Part shown: positions 31,605 to 41,793 of the stretch, piece after piece
How the letters are laid out: each line of letters opens with the position of its first letter
How positions within the stretch are numbered: position 1 is the stretch's first letter
Virus record (IMG/VR): IMGVR_UViG_2883497546_000001
Coordinates: 38,246 to 102,245 of that record
Strand: one strand, 5' to 3'
Source of the DNA: a virus
Taxonomy: Duplodnaviria; Caudoviricetes
Length of the DNA: 64,000 bases
Position numbers and translations under genes: made by a program
The notes under the pieces: generated by a model
What the model saw: only the letters and a program-made list of their open reading frames with translations
Databases searched by the model: none
What the model was told of the DNA's origin: nothing

Positions 31605-32180
31605 ATGTCCCGCCGCACGAAGCTCATCATCACCGCACTCTTCCTCGTGCTGCTGGTCATTCCCGTGGTGTACGTCATCCTCTCATGGAATCCGCACGAG
31701 CCCTGGCGCGCCCGACTCGTGGCAGTGCAGGACCATCAAGGAGGAGAAAAGAAGGAAGTCGTGATCGAAGTTGAGAATATCTCCTCTGTGCCGTTATGCA
31801 TTTATATTGCCACGTTGGATGGTCCTGGTGTCCCTCCCGAGCAGTCCTTTCCTCTCCTCCTTGAGCCATTGGGGCCGACCGCACCCAGTCCTCCAGAATT
31901 GGGCGGTCAGTATTCTTTGCACGTCCCTCCTCGGGAGGTACAGCGCCTCCATGTCTCCGTGTCGATGGCCGACTTGGAGACGGTGCCTGCGAGTGCACGG
32001 TCCGTGGACCTCCTCTGGGCATCAGGCACAAAGCACCGCACCATCGCCGGCCTCTTGTGGCTGCAGCGCCATCTACCCAGTAGCAGCGAGGACTACGTGC
32101 CTTTCCCTTCGCTGGGCGGATCCACCTTGGCTCTCGATATCGGGGAATCCGCTTCTCAGACACTGGTTCATCATAAATAG
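31605..32180 (+). CDS. Array paralogue 15 (191 aa)
   Basis: MSRRTKLII..WNPHEPWRA. Confidence 0.9.
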   Translation: MSRRTKLIITALFLVLLVIPVVYVILSWNPHEPWRARLVAVQDHQGGEKKEVVIEVENISSVPLCIYIATLDGPGVPPEQSFPLLLEPLGPTAPSPPELGGQYSLHVPPREVQRLHVSVSMADLETVPASARSVDLLWASGTKHRTIAGLLWLQRHLPSSSEDYVPFPSLGGSTLALDIGESASQTLVHHK

Positions 32181-32232
32181 CCCACTTTGTGCCTTTGTGC
32201 CTGTTGCCTCCCTCCCTCCCTCCGTCCTCCCC

Positions 32233-32757
32233 ATGTCCCGCCGCACAAAGCTCATCCTCCTCGGCATCTTCCTTCTGCTGCTCGCCATTCCGGTGTGGCA
32301 CGTGGGGAGCAACTGGAATCCTCCGAGCCCGCTGCGCTTTCGTCTCGTGAGCCGGGACACCCCGTCGGAGATCGACGGTATTTGGAGCGAATGGGTGGAA
32401 GTTGAAGCGTTCAATACCAGCTCCGCTCCGAGATATATCGAGATGGTGACGTTGAAGCGTGTCAAAGGTCCTGACAACTCGTTCGACCCGTTTGTGCCGA
32501 GTATCATCTCCAGCGGCACGGTGATACCTGCGGGCGGCACCGTGCGCGGTGGCGGCTCACTGTCGGTGTCAAAGGAAGGCTCCACCGAACCTGATACTTT
32601 GGAAATTGTCTATTTCCAGGCATCCACCGTCCGTCATCAGGCGCTAGAGGGGTACTATTCGTTTTTGGCACGCCTGCCTGAACCTCTCCAGGAGCTTCTC
32701 TCGTGGTCCTCCGTCTGCACCGAGTCCAAAGCGCCCCTTGAGGAATCACCTCCCTGA
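32233..32757 (+). CDS. Array paralogue 16 (174 aa), WHVGSNW subfamily
   Basis: WHVGSNWNPPSPLRF. Confidence 0.9.
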   Translation: MSRRTKLILLGIFLLLLAIPVWHVGSNWNPPSPLRFRLVSRDTPSEIDGIWSEWVEVEAFNTSSAPRYIEMVTLKRVKGPDNSFDPFVPSIISSGTVIPAGGTVRGGGSLSVSKEGSTEPDTLEIVYFQASTVRHQALEGYYSFLARLPEPLQELLSWSSVCTESKAPLEESPP

Positions 32758-32873
32758 GATCTCAGCGCATCTCATCTCATCTGCCCCAGCACTTCCCTCC
32801 GGGCAGAGGAGTACCACCTCCCGCGTCCCGGTCCTGACATCACCAATCACCAATCAAAAATCATCGATAACTG

Positions 32874-33437
32874 ATGTCCCGCCGCACGAAGCTCATCATC
32901 ACCGCCCTCTTCCTCGTGCTGCTCGCCATCCCTGTGGTGTATGCCGTCCTCACGTGGCGCCCACAGAATCCCCTGCGCTTTCGCCAGTTGGGTGAGAGCG
33001 TCCTGAGGGATGAGACTGGAAAGGTATACTATAGTAGGAAGCTTCTGGAGGTGCGGAACATCAGCGTCGCCCCCGTGCTGTGCCTGTCGGGCACATATTC
33101 CTGGGAGTCGCCGGAAGGGGAGGGGACATTCTTTGCCTCATGGAGTCTGGGCGGAAGCACCATCGAGGAGCGTTTCATCCCACCTGGTGGCGCCATCCAG
33201 ATAGAGTTGGACCCTCCAAACCTCATGCCCGCAGAGTACAGCAAGCATCGGCAAGCAGGAGAGCAGCGCTCCGGGGAGGGGAGAGTCCATTACCGGTGGG
33301 GCTCCCGCGTGCAAGCATCGACTTCAAGTGCGTGTCTCTGGATTAGCGAGAAGCTTCCGGAAAGCATGTGGAACCTTGTGCCCCATCTGGATCCGTTCGA
33401 AGACGAAATCGATATGGATCTCTCGCCGCCACCCTAA
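32874..33437 (+). CDS. Array paralogue 17 (187 aa), close to 36
   Basis: WRPQNPLRFRQL..WGSRVQASTS. Confidence 0.9.
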   Translation: MSRRTKLIITALFLVLLAIPVVYAVLTWRPQNPLRFRQLGESVLRDETGKVYYSRKLLEVRNISVAPVLCLSGTYSWESPEGEGTFFASWSLGGSTIEERFIPPGGAIQIELDPPNLMPAEYSKHRQAGEQRSGEGRVHYRWGSRVQASTSSACLWISEKLPESMWNLVPHLDPFEDEIDMDLSPPP

Positions 33438-33493
33438 GCAAGTCACCCTGCCGCCTGCCAACCGTATTCCAAATCCTAAATCATCAATAGCGC

Positions 33494-34048
33494 ATGTCCC
33501 GCCGCGCGAAGTTCCTGCTCCTGACGCCGCTCTTCCTCCTGCTGGGCATCGTGGTGGTATACGTCTTCGTAAGCTGGCATCCCGCGAACCCGCTCCGCTT
33601 CCGGGTGGTGGATGCGTCACTGCCCTCGCTCTGGCAGTATCACGAGGATACACAGATCACCGTCGCCGTGGAGAACGTGACCTCCACGCCCATCTACCTG
33701 CGATACCTCACCCTGCCGAGTCCCCCGTGGGTGCCCGGCACGAGGAAGGTGTGCGGCTCCGTCGTCTCCAGAGAGCAGCATCGCCATCGTGTCGGAGCGC
33801 AGGGGAATTACCTCTTGGTGCCCGCGCACAGCACCATTCATGTAGCCGGCCTTGTCATGAATGAACGGCTTGAGGATGCCAGAGCCGGTCGATTGCGCGC
33901 CAGCTACACGTGGATGTCCCGTCTCAAATACCGTTGCAGCACCTTCTCGGAATGGTGTGGGCGCCGGGTACCTCAGAAGCTGTCCCGCTACCTGCCCCGG
34001 CCCTCCCACGGTGTGGATGAGTGCCCACTCGAAGCCACAGTACCCTGA
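33494..34048 (+). CDS. Array paralogue 18 (184 aa)
   Basis: MSRRAKFLL..WHPANPLRF. Confidence 0.9.
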   Translation: MSRRAKFLLLTPLFLLLGIVVVYVFVSWHPANPLRFRVVDASLPSLWQYHEDTQITVAVENVTSTPIYLRYLTLPSPPWVPGTRKVCGSVVSREQHRHRVGAQGNYLLVPAHSTIHVAGLVMNERLEDARAGRLRASYTWMSRLKYRCSTFSEWCGRRVPQKLSRYLPRPSHGVDECPLEATVP

Positions 34049-34152
34049 GCGCGGGTTCATGTAGGGGTGTTTGGCTAACACAGAGATGAAGCAAAGCAGA
34101 ACGTCTCGTGATGGGAGTGCCCCTGGCGGCGGGGACATGACTCTGCAACGAG

Positions 34153-34387
34153 CCACCTTGCGCGAAGCGCCTTGGAGTGCGTGTGCGAAGCACCGCTTTG
34201 GTGGGAAGCTTTGAGGTGCGGAGCTTCCTGCAGGCAGGCTTGCGTTGGGTGGTTCCGCATCACGAGAACGTATCGACCCGCCGCCGCCGCTTGGGGTCAT
34301 GGATAGATCCTGCGTCATCCACCTCGCGGTATTTCCTCCCAAAGCGGTGCTTCGCACGCGCACTCCAAGGCGCTACGCGCAAGGTGG
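34153..34387. repeat. REPIN-like element family R1 (CCACCTTGCGCGAAGCGCCTTGGAGTGCGTGTGCGAAGCACCGCTTTGG inverted arms); also 36732-36960, 38498-38732, single arms at 11437, 55611 and degenerate at about 9715
   Basis: About 49-bp inverted arms around a 130-140 bp core. Confidence 0.88.
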
Positions 34388-34519
34388 AGCCCGTTCATGA
34401 ACGCTCCTGGCCGTTCGTGTCGGACACGTCACGAGACGTTTCGATAGCGTTCTGTTAGCACCCCAGCGCGTATTCGTTTCGGCGGTGACAAGCAACCTTG
34501 CAGGTGTTAGATCCCGCCC

Positions 34520-34813
34520 ATGGGTGCAAATCGTTCCGGCAGGTCTCAGATGTTGGTGTGGATATTCGTGCTCGTGCCCGTGTTGTATATCTCAAGCGTC
34601 CCCTTCGTGAGGTTTGCCGCACTCCAGCCAGAGTGGAGAACCTACCCTCCCGGGAAAACCGGAGGGCCGGTCAGCGCATGGCATTATCGAGGGGCTGCAC
34701 CACCTTGGGTCAAGGTCTACACCGCGCCTTACGAATTGTTCAGGCTCATACCCCCGCTCGACCGTCCGCTGTACGCTTATCAAAGCTGGTGCTGGGATCT
34801 CCTGGGACGCTGA
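34520..34813 (+). CDS. Small Trp-rich membrane protein, family W copy 6
   Basis: VLYISSVP, PPWVKVYTAPYEL, PPLDRPLYAYQSWCW. Confidence 0.8.
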   Translation: MGANRSGRSQMLVWIFVLVPVLYISSVPFVRFAALQPEWRTYPPGKTGGPVSAWHYRGAAPPWVKVYTAPYELFRLIPPLDRPLYAYQSWCWDLLGR

Positions 34814-34967
34814 GCAAGCGCTCCACTCAACATACGGCACCTCCACCCTTTCCCCGGGGCATGACAGGCAAGCCATGAACCAGCCGCAGTGCTCACGTGC
34901 GGGACGTGCTGCCATTTGAATCGATCCGCCCGGTGACAAGCAACCGTCTGGGTGTAAACTCACGCCC

Positions 34968-35270
34968 ATGCGTGCAGGACGTTTAGGCAAGCCCCATCTG
35001 TTGGTGGGGGCTCTTGTACTCTTTGTGGTGATTCCCGTGCTCTATTTTTTGAGCGTCCCACCCCTGAAGTTTGCCGTGGTCAAACCAGAGCGGGTAATCC
35101 TTCCTTTCAAAAATACCGGGAAGACCGTGAGAGCATGGCATTATCGGGGAACGGAACCAGATTGGCTCAAAGCCTATGCCACGCCTTATGATTGGCTGAA
35201 GATCCGGCCCCCGCTTGGCCGTGTGCTGTACGCCTACCATAACTGGTGGTGGAAGACGCTGGCACGTTGA
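34968..35270 (+). CDS. Small Trp-rich membrane protein, family W copy 7 (tandem duplicate of copy 6)
   Basis: VLYFLSVPP, AWHYRG, PDWLKAYATPYDWL, YAYHNWWW. Confidence 0.82.
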   Translation: MRAGRLGKPHLLVGALVLFVVIPVLYFLSVPPLKFAVVKPERVILPFKNTGKTVRAWHYRGTEPDWLKAYATPYDWLKIRPPLGRVLYAYHNWWWKTLAR

Positions 35271-35376
35271 GCAACAATCGGCTCCACTCAATCCACCCTG
35301 TGCCTTCACCCATCTCACGGAGCAACCGAATCCACTCTGTGCCTGTTGCCTGTCACCACCCTCGTCCCTCCTCCCC

Positions 35377-35964
35377 ATGTTTCCTCGCATCCGGCACTTG
35401 CTCCTCGTTCTCTTCCTGGGGTTGTTATTTATTCCCCTGGCGTATGTGGCGCTCACGTGGAGCCCTCCGAATCCCCTCCGCTTCCGCGTGGCCGGCTATG
35501 GCTATGAAGCGCCGTCTCGTGAGGGGCAGTTTCGCGTCTCTGGAAAGCTGAACATGATCGTGGAGAACACGAGCAGCGCCCCTGTGAAGCTCTTCTTCGC
35601 TGTCTTGACGGAGCCGGGCAACCCAGCCAGGGGCATCGTCGACCCCTTTGGCCCTCATTGGACTGTAGCCATGCCCCACCATCCCACCAGCATGATCATC
35701 CCTCCGCACACCTCCCTTCCGTGCTTTAGCATCGTGCCCGAGGACGACTATCCGGCATCTGCCCTTGAGAAAATCGAACTGTCCTATCACTGGATATCTA
35801 CTACTCGAGCCAAGGTGAGTGAGGTCCGCGAATGGTTGTTCTTCCATGCCCCTGCATTCGTGAGGCCCCATATCACAATGGACTGGCCCTCGAGCAATGT
35901 AGACACCACCCCACTGCAGCCCGCGCTTCCCGGCCAGAGCCAACCTCAGAGCCGTGGCGGCTGA
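35377..35964 (+). CDS. Array paralogue 19 (195 aa)
   Basis: MFPRIRHLL..WSPPNPLRF. Confidence 0.88.
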   Translation: MFPRIRHLLLVLFLGLLFIPLAYVALTWSPPNPLRFRVAGYGYEAPSREGQFRVSGKLNMIVENTSSAPVKLFFAVLTEPGNPARGIVDPFGPHWTVAMPHHPTSMIIPPHTSLPCFSIVPEDDYPASALEKIELSYHWISTTRAKVSEVREWLFFHAPAFVRPHITMDWPSSNVDTTPLQPALPGQSQPQSRGG

Positions 35965-36114
35965 TATCTTGCCTGGAGTCATCTGGTTCGTTGGGCAACA
36001 TTCGCCTCAGCTCAATCCACCTTGTGACGCACCCATCTCATAGAGAGAAAGAAAAGAACCCACTCTGTGCCTTTTCCTGTTGCCTCTCTCCCTTCCTCCG
36101 TTCGTTCTCAGCCC

Positions 36115-36678
36115 ATGTCTCGCCGCGTAAAGCTCATCATCACCGCGCTCTTCCTCGTGCTGCTGGCCATCCCCACAGTGTATGTCATCCTCACCTGGAG
36201 CCCTCCGAATCCCCTCCGCTTCCGCTTGGTCGGCTATGAAGATCCGTCTCGTAAGGGGCAGTTTCGCGACTCTGGAAAGCTGAACATGATTGTGGAGAAT
36301 ACCAGCAGCGTCCCTGTGTATGTCGTATGGGCAACCATGAAGAGGGCGGGCAACCCAGATAGCGTGGCCGACCCCTTTAGCCAACTTAGGGAAGTATACG
36401 GACCCGATGACAGCGACAGCATGATCATCCCTCCCCACACCTCCCTCCCATGCTTTTGCCCCGTGCTCCAGGACGAGTATCCGGCATCCGCCTTTGAGAA
36501 TATCGAACTGTTCTACGGCTGGATGTCTGCCAATCGAGTCAAGGCAAGTCAGGCTCGCATTTGGTTGTTTTTACGTGTCCCTGAATTCGTGAGGCCCTGC
36601 ATCCCGATAAACTGGCCCACGCACGACCAGGATACTACTCCACTCCTGCCTGCCCTCTCCGCTCGCAGCTCCCCCTGA
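36115..36678 (+). CDS. Array paralogue 20 (187 aa), close to 19
   Basis: WSPPNPLRF..SGKLNMIVENTSS. Confidence 0.9.
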   Translation: MSRRVKLIITALFLVLLAIPTVYVILTWSPPNPLRFRLVGYEDPSRKGQFRDSGKLNMIVENTSSVPVYVVWATMKRAGNPDSVADPFSQLREVYGPDDSDSMIIPPHTSLPCFCPVLQDEYPASAFENIELFYGWMSANRVKASQARIWLFLRVPEFVRPCIPINWPTHDQDTTPLLPALSARSSP

Positions 36679-37050
36679 GTCGTCCCGGGAGATGAATCAC
36701 GCTTGTTTCACGGAGTCGTCCCCGCCATGCACCACCTTGCGCGAAGCGCCTTGGAGTGCGGTGCGAAGCACCGCTTTGGCGTGTGAGGTTGCGAGCATGG
36801 TGACGCTGGCTTTATCGCAAAGCCCAGAGCGGGGCAGCACGGTGCACGACTTGAAGGTGATGCCAATTTCGTGGCGTGGTCACCATCATGCTCCGCACTT
36901 CGAGCTCCCCACCAAGGGGGTGCTTCGCACACGCACTCCAGGGCGCTTCGCGCAAGGTGGCACGTGCAGGGGCAGAACTCATCTCCGTGAAAAGCTCGCT
37001 GATTTCTTGCATGGAGCCTGCACCTGCCCTCCTTTCCTCCCTCCTCACAC

Positions 37051-37593
37051 ATGTCTCGCCGCATAAAGATCATCATCACCGCCCTCTTCCTGGTGCTGCT
37101 CGCCATTCCGGCGGTGCATATCACCCTCACGTGGCGACCGGAGAATCCGCTGCGCTTTCATGTGGTGGGTGAGCGCATCGAGCAGATGCAACACTACAAA
37201 GAGAAGATTCGAGTCCTCACCCTCGAAGTGGAGAACACCGCCGCCACCAGCATCGTGCTGGGCTACGGCTACGTGGAGCCCGCGGGCGAGCAGGATAGGC
37301 CGAGAATGCTGGGCATGCTCGGTTGCTTGATCAACGCAAAGGGAAGATACGATCTCCCCGTGACCGTCGGCGCCCGGCAGACTGTTCCTTGCGAGCTGAT
37401 GTTTGAAGAAGACGTGCCTCACGATACCCCGCTGAAAGACGTGGTGGTGGGCTACAGCTGGCGCTCTACCTCCTTGAAGCGGGTGCAGGATTTCTCACGA
37501 TGGCTGCATGAGCACCTGCCAGAAAGCATCCACAGGCACGTACCGTTTCCCCGGACACCGATGGATGTGCAGCCGCTTCGTCCGCGCTCATGA
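37051..37593 (+). CDS. Array paralogue 21 (180 aa)
   Basis: MSRRIKIII..WRPENPLRF. Confidence 0.9.
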   Translation: MSRRIKIIITALFLVLLAIPAVHITLTWRPENPLRFHVVGERIEQMQHYKEKIRVLTLEVENTAATSIVLGYGYVEPAGEQDRPRMLGMLGCLINAKGRYDLPVTVGARQTVPCELMFEEDVPHDTPLKDVVVGYSWRSTSLKRVQDFSRWLHEHLPESIHRHVPFPRTPMDVQPLRPRS

Positions 37594-37739
37594 CACCAGG
37601 CACACGTCCCATCGAGCAAGGGGGAGGGCAGTGGCCGGTGAGAGCAGCCCCGGCCTTTTGCTGAATCTTTCTTTTGTTGCAAGGTTCCAGTGAATCAGGT
37701 TGTAATGGGCCCACGAGGTACGTGCCCCTCATCCCAGCC

Positions 37740-38420
37740 ATGAATGCCCACTCCTCCTCCACCGCCGCTTCACGCCGCGCGAGCCAGCCTTCCTTCCGCT
37801 TCAGTGGCTACCTCTTATCTTCCATCGCCCGGCAGACACCGCTCCTGTCCCGCCGTACGAAGGTGATCCTGCTCGCCCTGGTGGGCATCCCGCTGTTGTA
37901 CACCGTGCTCACCTGGGCTCCGCGCGAGCCGCTCCGCTTCCGCGTGGCCGGGCAGCACACACCCACCAGCGGCAATGCATACACCTCTGTCGGCGTGGTG
38001 ATTGAAAACACGAGCGCCACACCCGTGTGCCTGTTCAAGGCAGACCTGACTGCGGCACAGGCGTCGGATAACGGAGCAAGTCCCGAGCCCCTGCCCGCGA
38101 CCACGGATGCAACCGCCCGCGTCGGTCTCTTCCATCCCATGGAGCACCCGCACAGGCAAATGTCTGACAAGCGCTCCATGGTCATCATCCCAGGCCACAG
38201 CACTCTCGAAGTCGCCGCCCTCGTCGAGCATGCCAACGTCGATGCCGCGAAGACCGGCCAACTTCACTTCCAGTATGAGTGGATGTCCGACACCCGCCGC
38301 CGCGCCTCCACCGCCCTGCACTGGCTCCGCGCGCACGTGCCCCAGTCCTTCCAGTCCAAGATTCCCGTCCTCACGGATAATCAAAACTCCTGCCCCCTGC
38401 AAGCAGCAGCGGGGTCGTGA
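37740..38420 (+). CDS. Array paralogue 22 (N-terminally extended, or CTG start at 37845)
   Basis: LSRRTKVIL..WAPREPLRF; family ATG position reads CTG. Confidence 0.8.
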   Translation: MNAHSSSTAASRRASQPSFRFSGYLLSSIARQTPLLSRRTKVILLALVGIPLLYTVLTWAPREPLRFRVAGQHTPTSGNAYTSVGVVIENTSATPVCLFKADLTAAQASDNGASPEPLPATTDATARVGLFHPMEHPHRQMSDKRSMVIIPGHSTLEVAALVEHANVDAAKTGQLHFQYEWMSDTRRRASTALHWLRAHVPQSFQSKIPVLTDNQNSCPLQAAAGS

Positions 38421-38994
38421 GCGGTGAAACACAGGTGCACATGCATGGCTCGTGAGATCGCACTCGCGCACACGCAGTGCGCGTCCAATGGAAGTCACCA
38501 CCTTGCGCGAAGCGCCTTGGAGTGCGTGTGCGAAGCACCGCTTTGGGAGGAGACGTCACGAGGTGGATGACGCAGGATCGATCCATGACTCCAATCGGAG
38601 GTCGCGGGTCGCTGCGTTCTCGTGATGCAACCTCACCCAGCGTGAGACTGCCTGCCCGAAGCTCCGCGCCAGAAAGTTTCCCACCAAAGCGGTGCTTCGC
38701 ACACGCACTCCAAGGCGCTTCGCGCAAGCTGGTACCTGCATAGGAAACATTTCGTGCAACGCACTGGACGCGTCACGAGACGTGCAAACAAATCTTCCGT
38801 GCAGCGCCCTGATCTGACGCACGTGCTGCTCCTCGCGGGAGCCGCTTCGGCATGGCTCTCCCGGTGCGGAGGCACGCGGCGATGCCAGCGTCTCCCTTGC
38901 CACTCTTATCTTCCGGCACACTCCGGAAGATACCCGTAGATTTTTGGGGCGATATAAATCATAAATCATAAGGCATTAATCACAAACTCCCCCC

Positions 38995-39546
38995 ATGCCC
39001 CGCCGCATCAAGCTCATCCTCCTGGGCGTTGTCCTCTTCCTGCTCGCCATCCCCATCTGGCATGTGGGCAGCAACTGGGCTCCAGCGGAACCTCTTCGCT
39101 TCCGGCTCATCAACCGCGAGAAACACGCCGAGTCGACCTGGCAGGCGACGGGCCATCGCATTGAAAAGGTGGAAATCGAAGTGCGCAATACCAGCACCGC
39201 GCCCAGGGCCATGCAGAGCGCGTACCTCCGCTGGTTCTCAAGGAAGAACCATGTGATCTTACCCTACCACTCGCTCCTGGACCCCTTCGCTCAGGTCCCC
39301 GTCATCCCACCTGGCGGCACCTGGTGCGGGACTTGCGAGCTCTTCCTGCCCTTGTCGGAGTCTGAAAGTGAAAATAACGACCCCGGTTATGTTCAGGTCG
39401 ACTACACACATGCCTCCACGTTCCGGAGGCGGGTGTTCACGTGGTACTACTCACTCTGCGTTCGCTACTTTCCGCAGTCTCCGCGATTGCGCGCCTCGGT
39501 GAGCGAGTACACCTCGTCCACCGCCACCCTGGAGAACTTCCCCTGA
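38995..39546 (+). CDS. Array paralogue 23 (183 aa), WHVGSNW subfamily
   Basis: MPRRIKLIL..WHVGSNWAPAEPLRF. Confidence 0.9.
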   Translation: MPRRIKLILLGVVLFLLAIPIWHVGSNWAPAEPLRFRLINREKHAESTWQATGHRIEKVEIEVRNTSTAPRAMQSAYLRWFSRKNHVILPYHSLLDPFAQVPVIPPGGTWCGTCELFLPLSESESENNDPGYVQVDYTHASTFRRRVFTWYYSLCVRYFPQSPRLRASVSEYTSSTATLENFP

Positions 39547-39818
39547 GCCACCCACAGACTGCGCTCCCCCCCAATTTGCATTTTTCATTTCTCACTTCTT
39601 ATTTTTCATTTCCCTTCGTCATAAGCACGCATGCGTACACGCATAAGCACCTCCCACTCTGGGGGAATCACGCGAGAATGATGCGCGCATGACATGGAGG
39701 CACTGCCAGGGGACAAGGAGATGCCTCCTTGCCACGCCACCGATGCGGCTTTTTCGTCTGGGAGAAACGACTTGCTTCCAAACTCGCACGCATACGTCTA
39801 TTCTGACACCTTTCCCCC

Positions 39819-40367
39819 ATGCCCCGCCGCATCAAGCTCATCTTCCTGGGCGTTGTCCTCTTCCTGCTCGCCATCCCCATCTGGCATGTGGGCAGCAACT
39901 GGGCGCCGGTGAATCCCCTGCGCTTCCGGGTCATCAACCGCGAGAAATACTCCGAATCGACCTGGCAGGCGATGGGCCATCGCACTGAAAAGGTGGAAAT
40001 CGAAGTGCGCAATACCAGCACCGCGCCCAGAGTTCTGGAGAGCGCGATGCTCAGCTGGATGTCAGGGAAGAAAAAGGTGTTCGATCCCTTCAACGGCTTC
40101 GACGTCCTCGTTGAGAACCCCTTTGCTCAGGGCCCCGTCATCCCTCCCGGCGGTGCCTGGCGCGGGACCTGCAAACTCTTCCTGCCCTTGTCGGAGTCTG
40201 AACTTGAAAACAAGCTCGGCCACGTGCAAGTCGACTACTTCCATGCCTCCACGTTCCGGCATCGGGTGTTCAAGTGGTACCAGTCACTCTCCCTTCGCTA
40301 CTTCCCGGAGTCTCCGCGATGGAGCGGGGACACCTGGTCCACCGCCACCCTGGAGAACTTCCCCTGA
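39819..40367 (+). CDS. Array paralogue 24 (182 aa), close to 23
   Basis: WHVGSNWAPVNPLRF. Confidence 0.9.
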   Translation: MPRRIKLIFLGVVLFLLAIPIWHVGSNWAPVNPLRFRVINREKYSESTWQAMGHRTEKVEIEVRNTSTAPRVLESAMLSWMSGKKKVFDPFNGFDVLVENPFAQGPVIPPGGAWRGTCKLFLPLSESELENKLGHVQVDYFHASTFRHRVFKWYQSLSLRYFPESPRWSGDTWSTATLENFP

Positions 40368-40463
40368 GGCACCCACGAACTCATCGCCGCTGGCATTTGC
40401 TATTTCTCACTTCTCATTTTGCATTTCCCTTCGTCATAAGCACGCACACGCACACGCACACGC

Positions 40464-40802
40464 ATGAGCACCTCCCACTCCGCAGGTCGCACCCGCACAC
40501 TCCCGTGGCTTTTGGCGTGTATCCTCCCGCTGCTCTATCTCCTGAGCATCGCCCCCGTCACCCTGCTCACCGGCGGCTCGTGGGTGGAGTATTATCGCGC
40601 CCCTTATGAGTGGGCTTATGAAAACACCCGCTTCGGCGGCTACCTGCATCGCTACGAGTTCTGGTGGAACCGCATGCTCAGCGGATTCATCTACCCCACC
40701 GAGTTCGACCCGCCCTCCGTGCCCCAGCGCCCGCCTGCCGCACGTCCCCGGGCAGGCGTGCAGGATGGCGTGGAGCAGGGGAGCCCTGCTTTTGACAGAT
40801 GA
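40464..40802 (+). CDS. Small Trp-rich membrane protein, family W copy 8
   Basis: LLYLLSIAP, WVEYYRAPYEW, LHRYEFWW. Confidence 0.75.
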   Translation: MSTSHSAGRTRTLPWLLACILPLLYLLSIAPVTLLTGGSWVEYYRAPYEWAYENTRFGGYLHRYEFWWNRMLSGFIYPTEFDPPSVPQRPPAARPRAGVQDGVEQGSPAFDR

Positions 40803-40923
40803 TAAAGGGGCAGCGGAAGCGCGAAGCGCCTTCATCCACCGCCCAGACCATCGCCGCCTCCTGTGCCTGACGTTCCACGTGCAGCGGGGGAAGAGCTTCC
40901 CCGGTCTTGATAGGCAGATATAT

Positions 40924-41335
40924 AGTGTGGTGTCAGGCAAGTTTCTTCAATTATTCTGATGCTTCTGACATGGCGCAGAACCAGTTCAGTTGGCCGAACG
41001 AACTCCTACGCCGAAGGCGTTGCACATTGTCCAGCCCCGCAGTTCGGGGTCAGCTTGCGAAGCAAGCGCCACCTTGGGTGGTTGTCATAAGCGAATCGTA
41101 CGCCGAAGGTGTTCCACAAACAGCCGCTAAGGCCGGACAACATGGCTTACCGATGGACCGACTCTGTGGAACACCTTCGGCGTTCATGAATCATGATGCC
41201 GTCCCAGGGTGGCGCCCGCTTCGCGGGCTGACCCTGGGCTATGCATGTGCAACGCCTTCGGCGTGGGAGTTGCCAGGAACTCTAGCCGCATCCTGCTTCA
41301 TCTTATGATTTAACAAACTTGCGTGACACCACACT
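40924..41335. mobile_element. MITE-like element with 21-bp terminal inverted repeats and internal REP palindromes
   Basis: AGTGTGGTGTCAGGCAAGTTT and AAACTTGCGTGACACCACACT (1 mismatch); nested ACGCCGAAGG/CCTTCGGCGT arms; no ORF. Confidence 0.75.
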
Positions 41336-41632
41336 GGAGCATTTTAAGCAATGGCATCGCCATTCTCAGACTTCGATGAGAAGTTGGTTGAGAACCCAGT
41401 TCATGATGCAGGTCTCAGGATGGTATCGATGCTTCAGTCGCGGAGCGACGGCCGTATCTTAGCCCGGCCTTTCAAGGCCGGGTGGATGGTCGGTTATCAG
41501 TGTCGCGCAGCGACACCCGAATCCATGAGCTCACCCAAGATTCACCGGTTCGAGCGACGCAACTTCCAAGGCAGCCGGACTGCTTCGAGCGGCTCATGCG
41601 ACAGGCGTATCCATGGACCCCGGACATGGCAC

Positions 41633-41793
41633 AGGCCCAAGGAGCGGGAACGCCTCGTTCCCGTCAGCGGTCACCATGCTTGGCGATGTTGCATATCTAT
41701 CGAGTATCCCTTGAGTTCCAAAAGTGTGCTTCGGCGAATACACACCATAGACCCTTTCATCCACGGGAACGAGGCGTTCCCGCTCCTTGGGCC
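41633..41793. repeat. REPIN-like pair (GGCCCAAGGAGCGGGAACGCCTCGTTCCCGT and reverse complement); second copy at about 55315-55472
   Basis: About 31-bp inverted arms; the two copies share related cores. Confidence 0.85.

Noticed and set aside
30433-40367. Diversity-generating retroelement (suggested by the BPP-1-like head genes)
   Set aside because: No reverse transcriptase in the window; differences between close pairs (13/14, 23/24) include indels and are not adenine-specific
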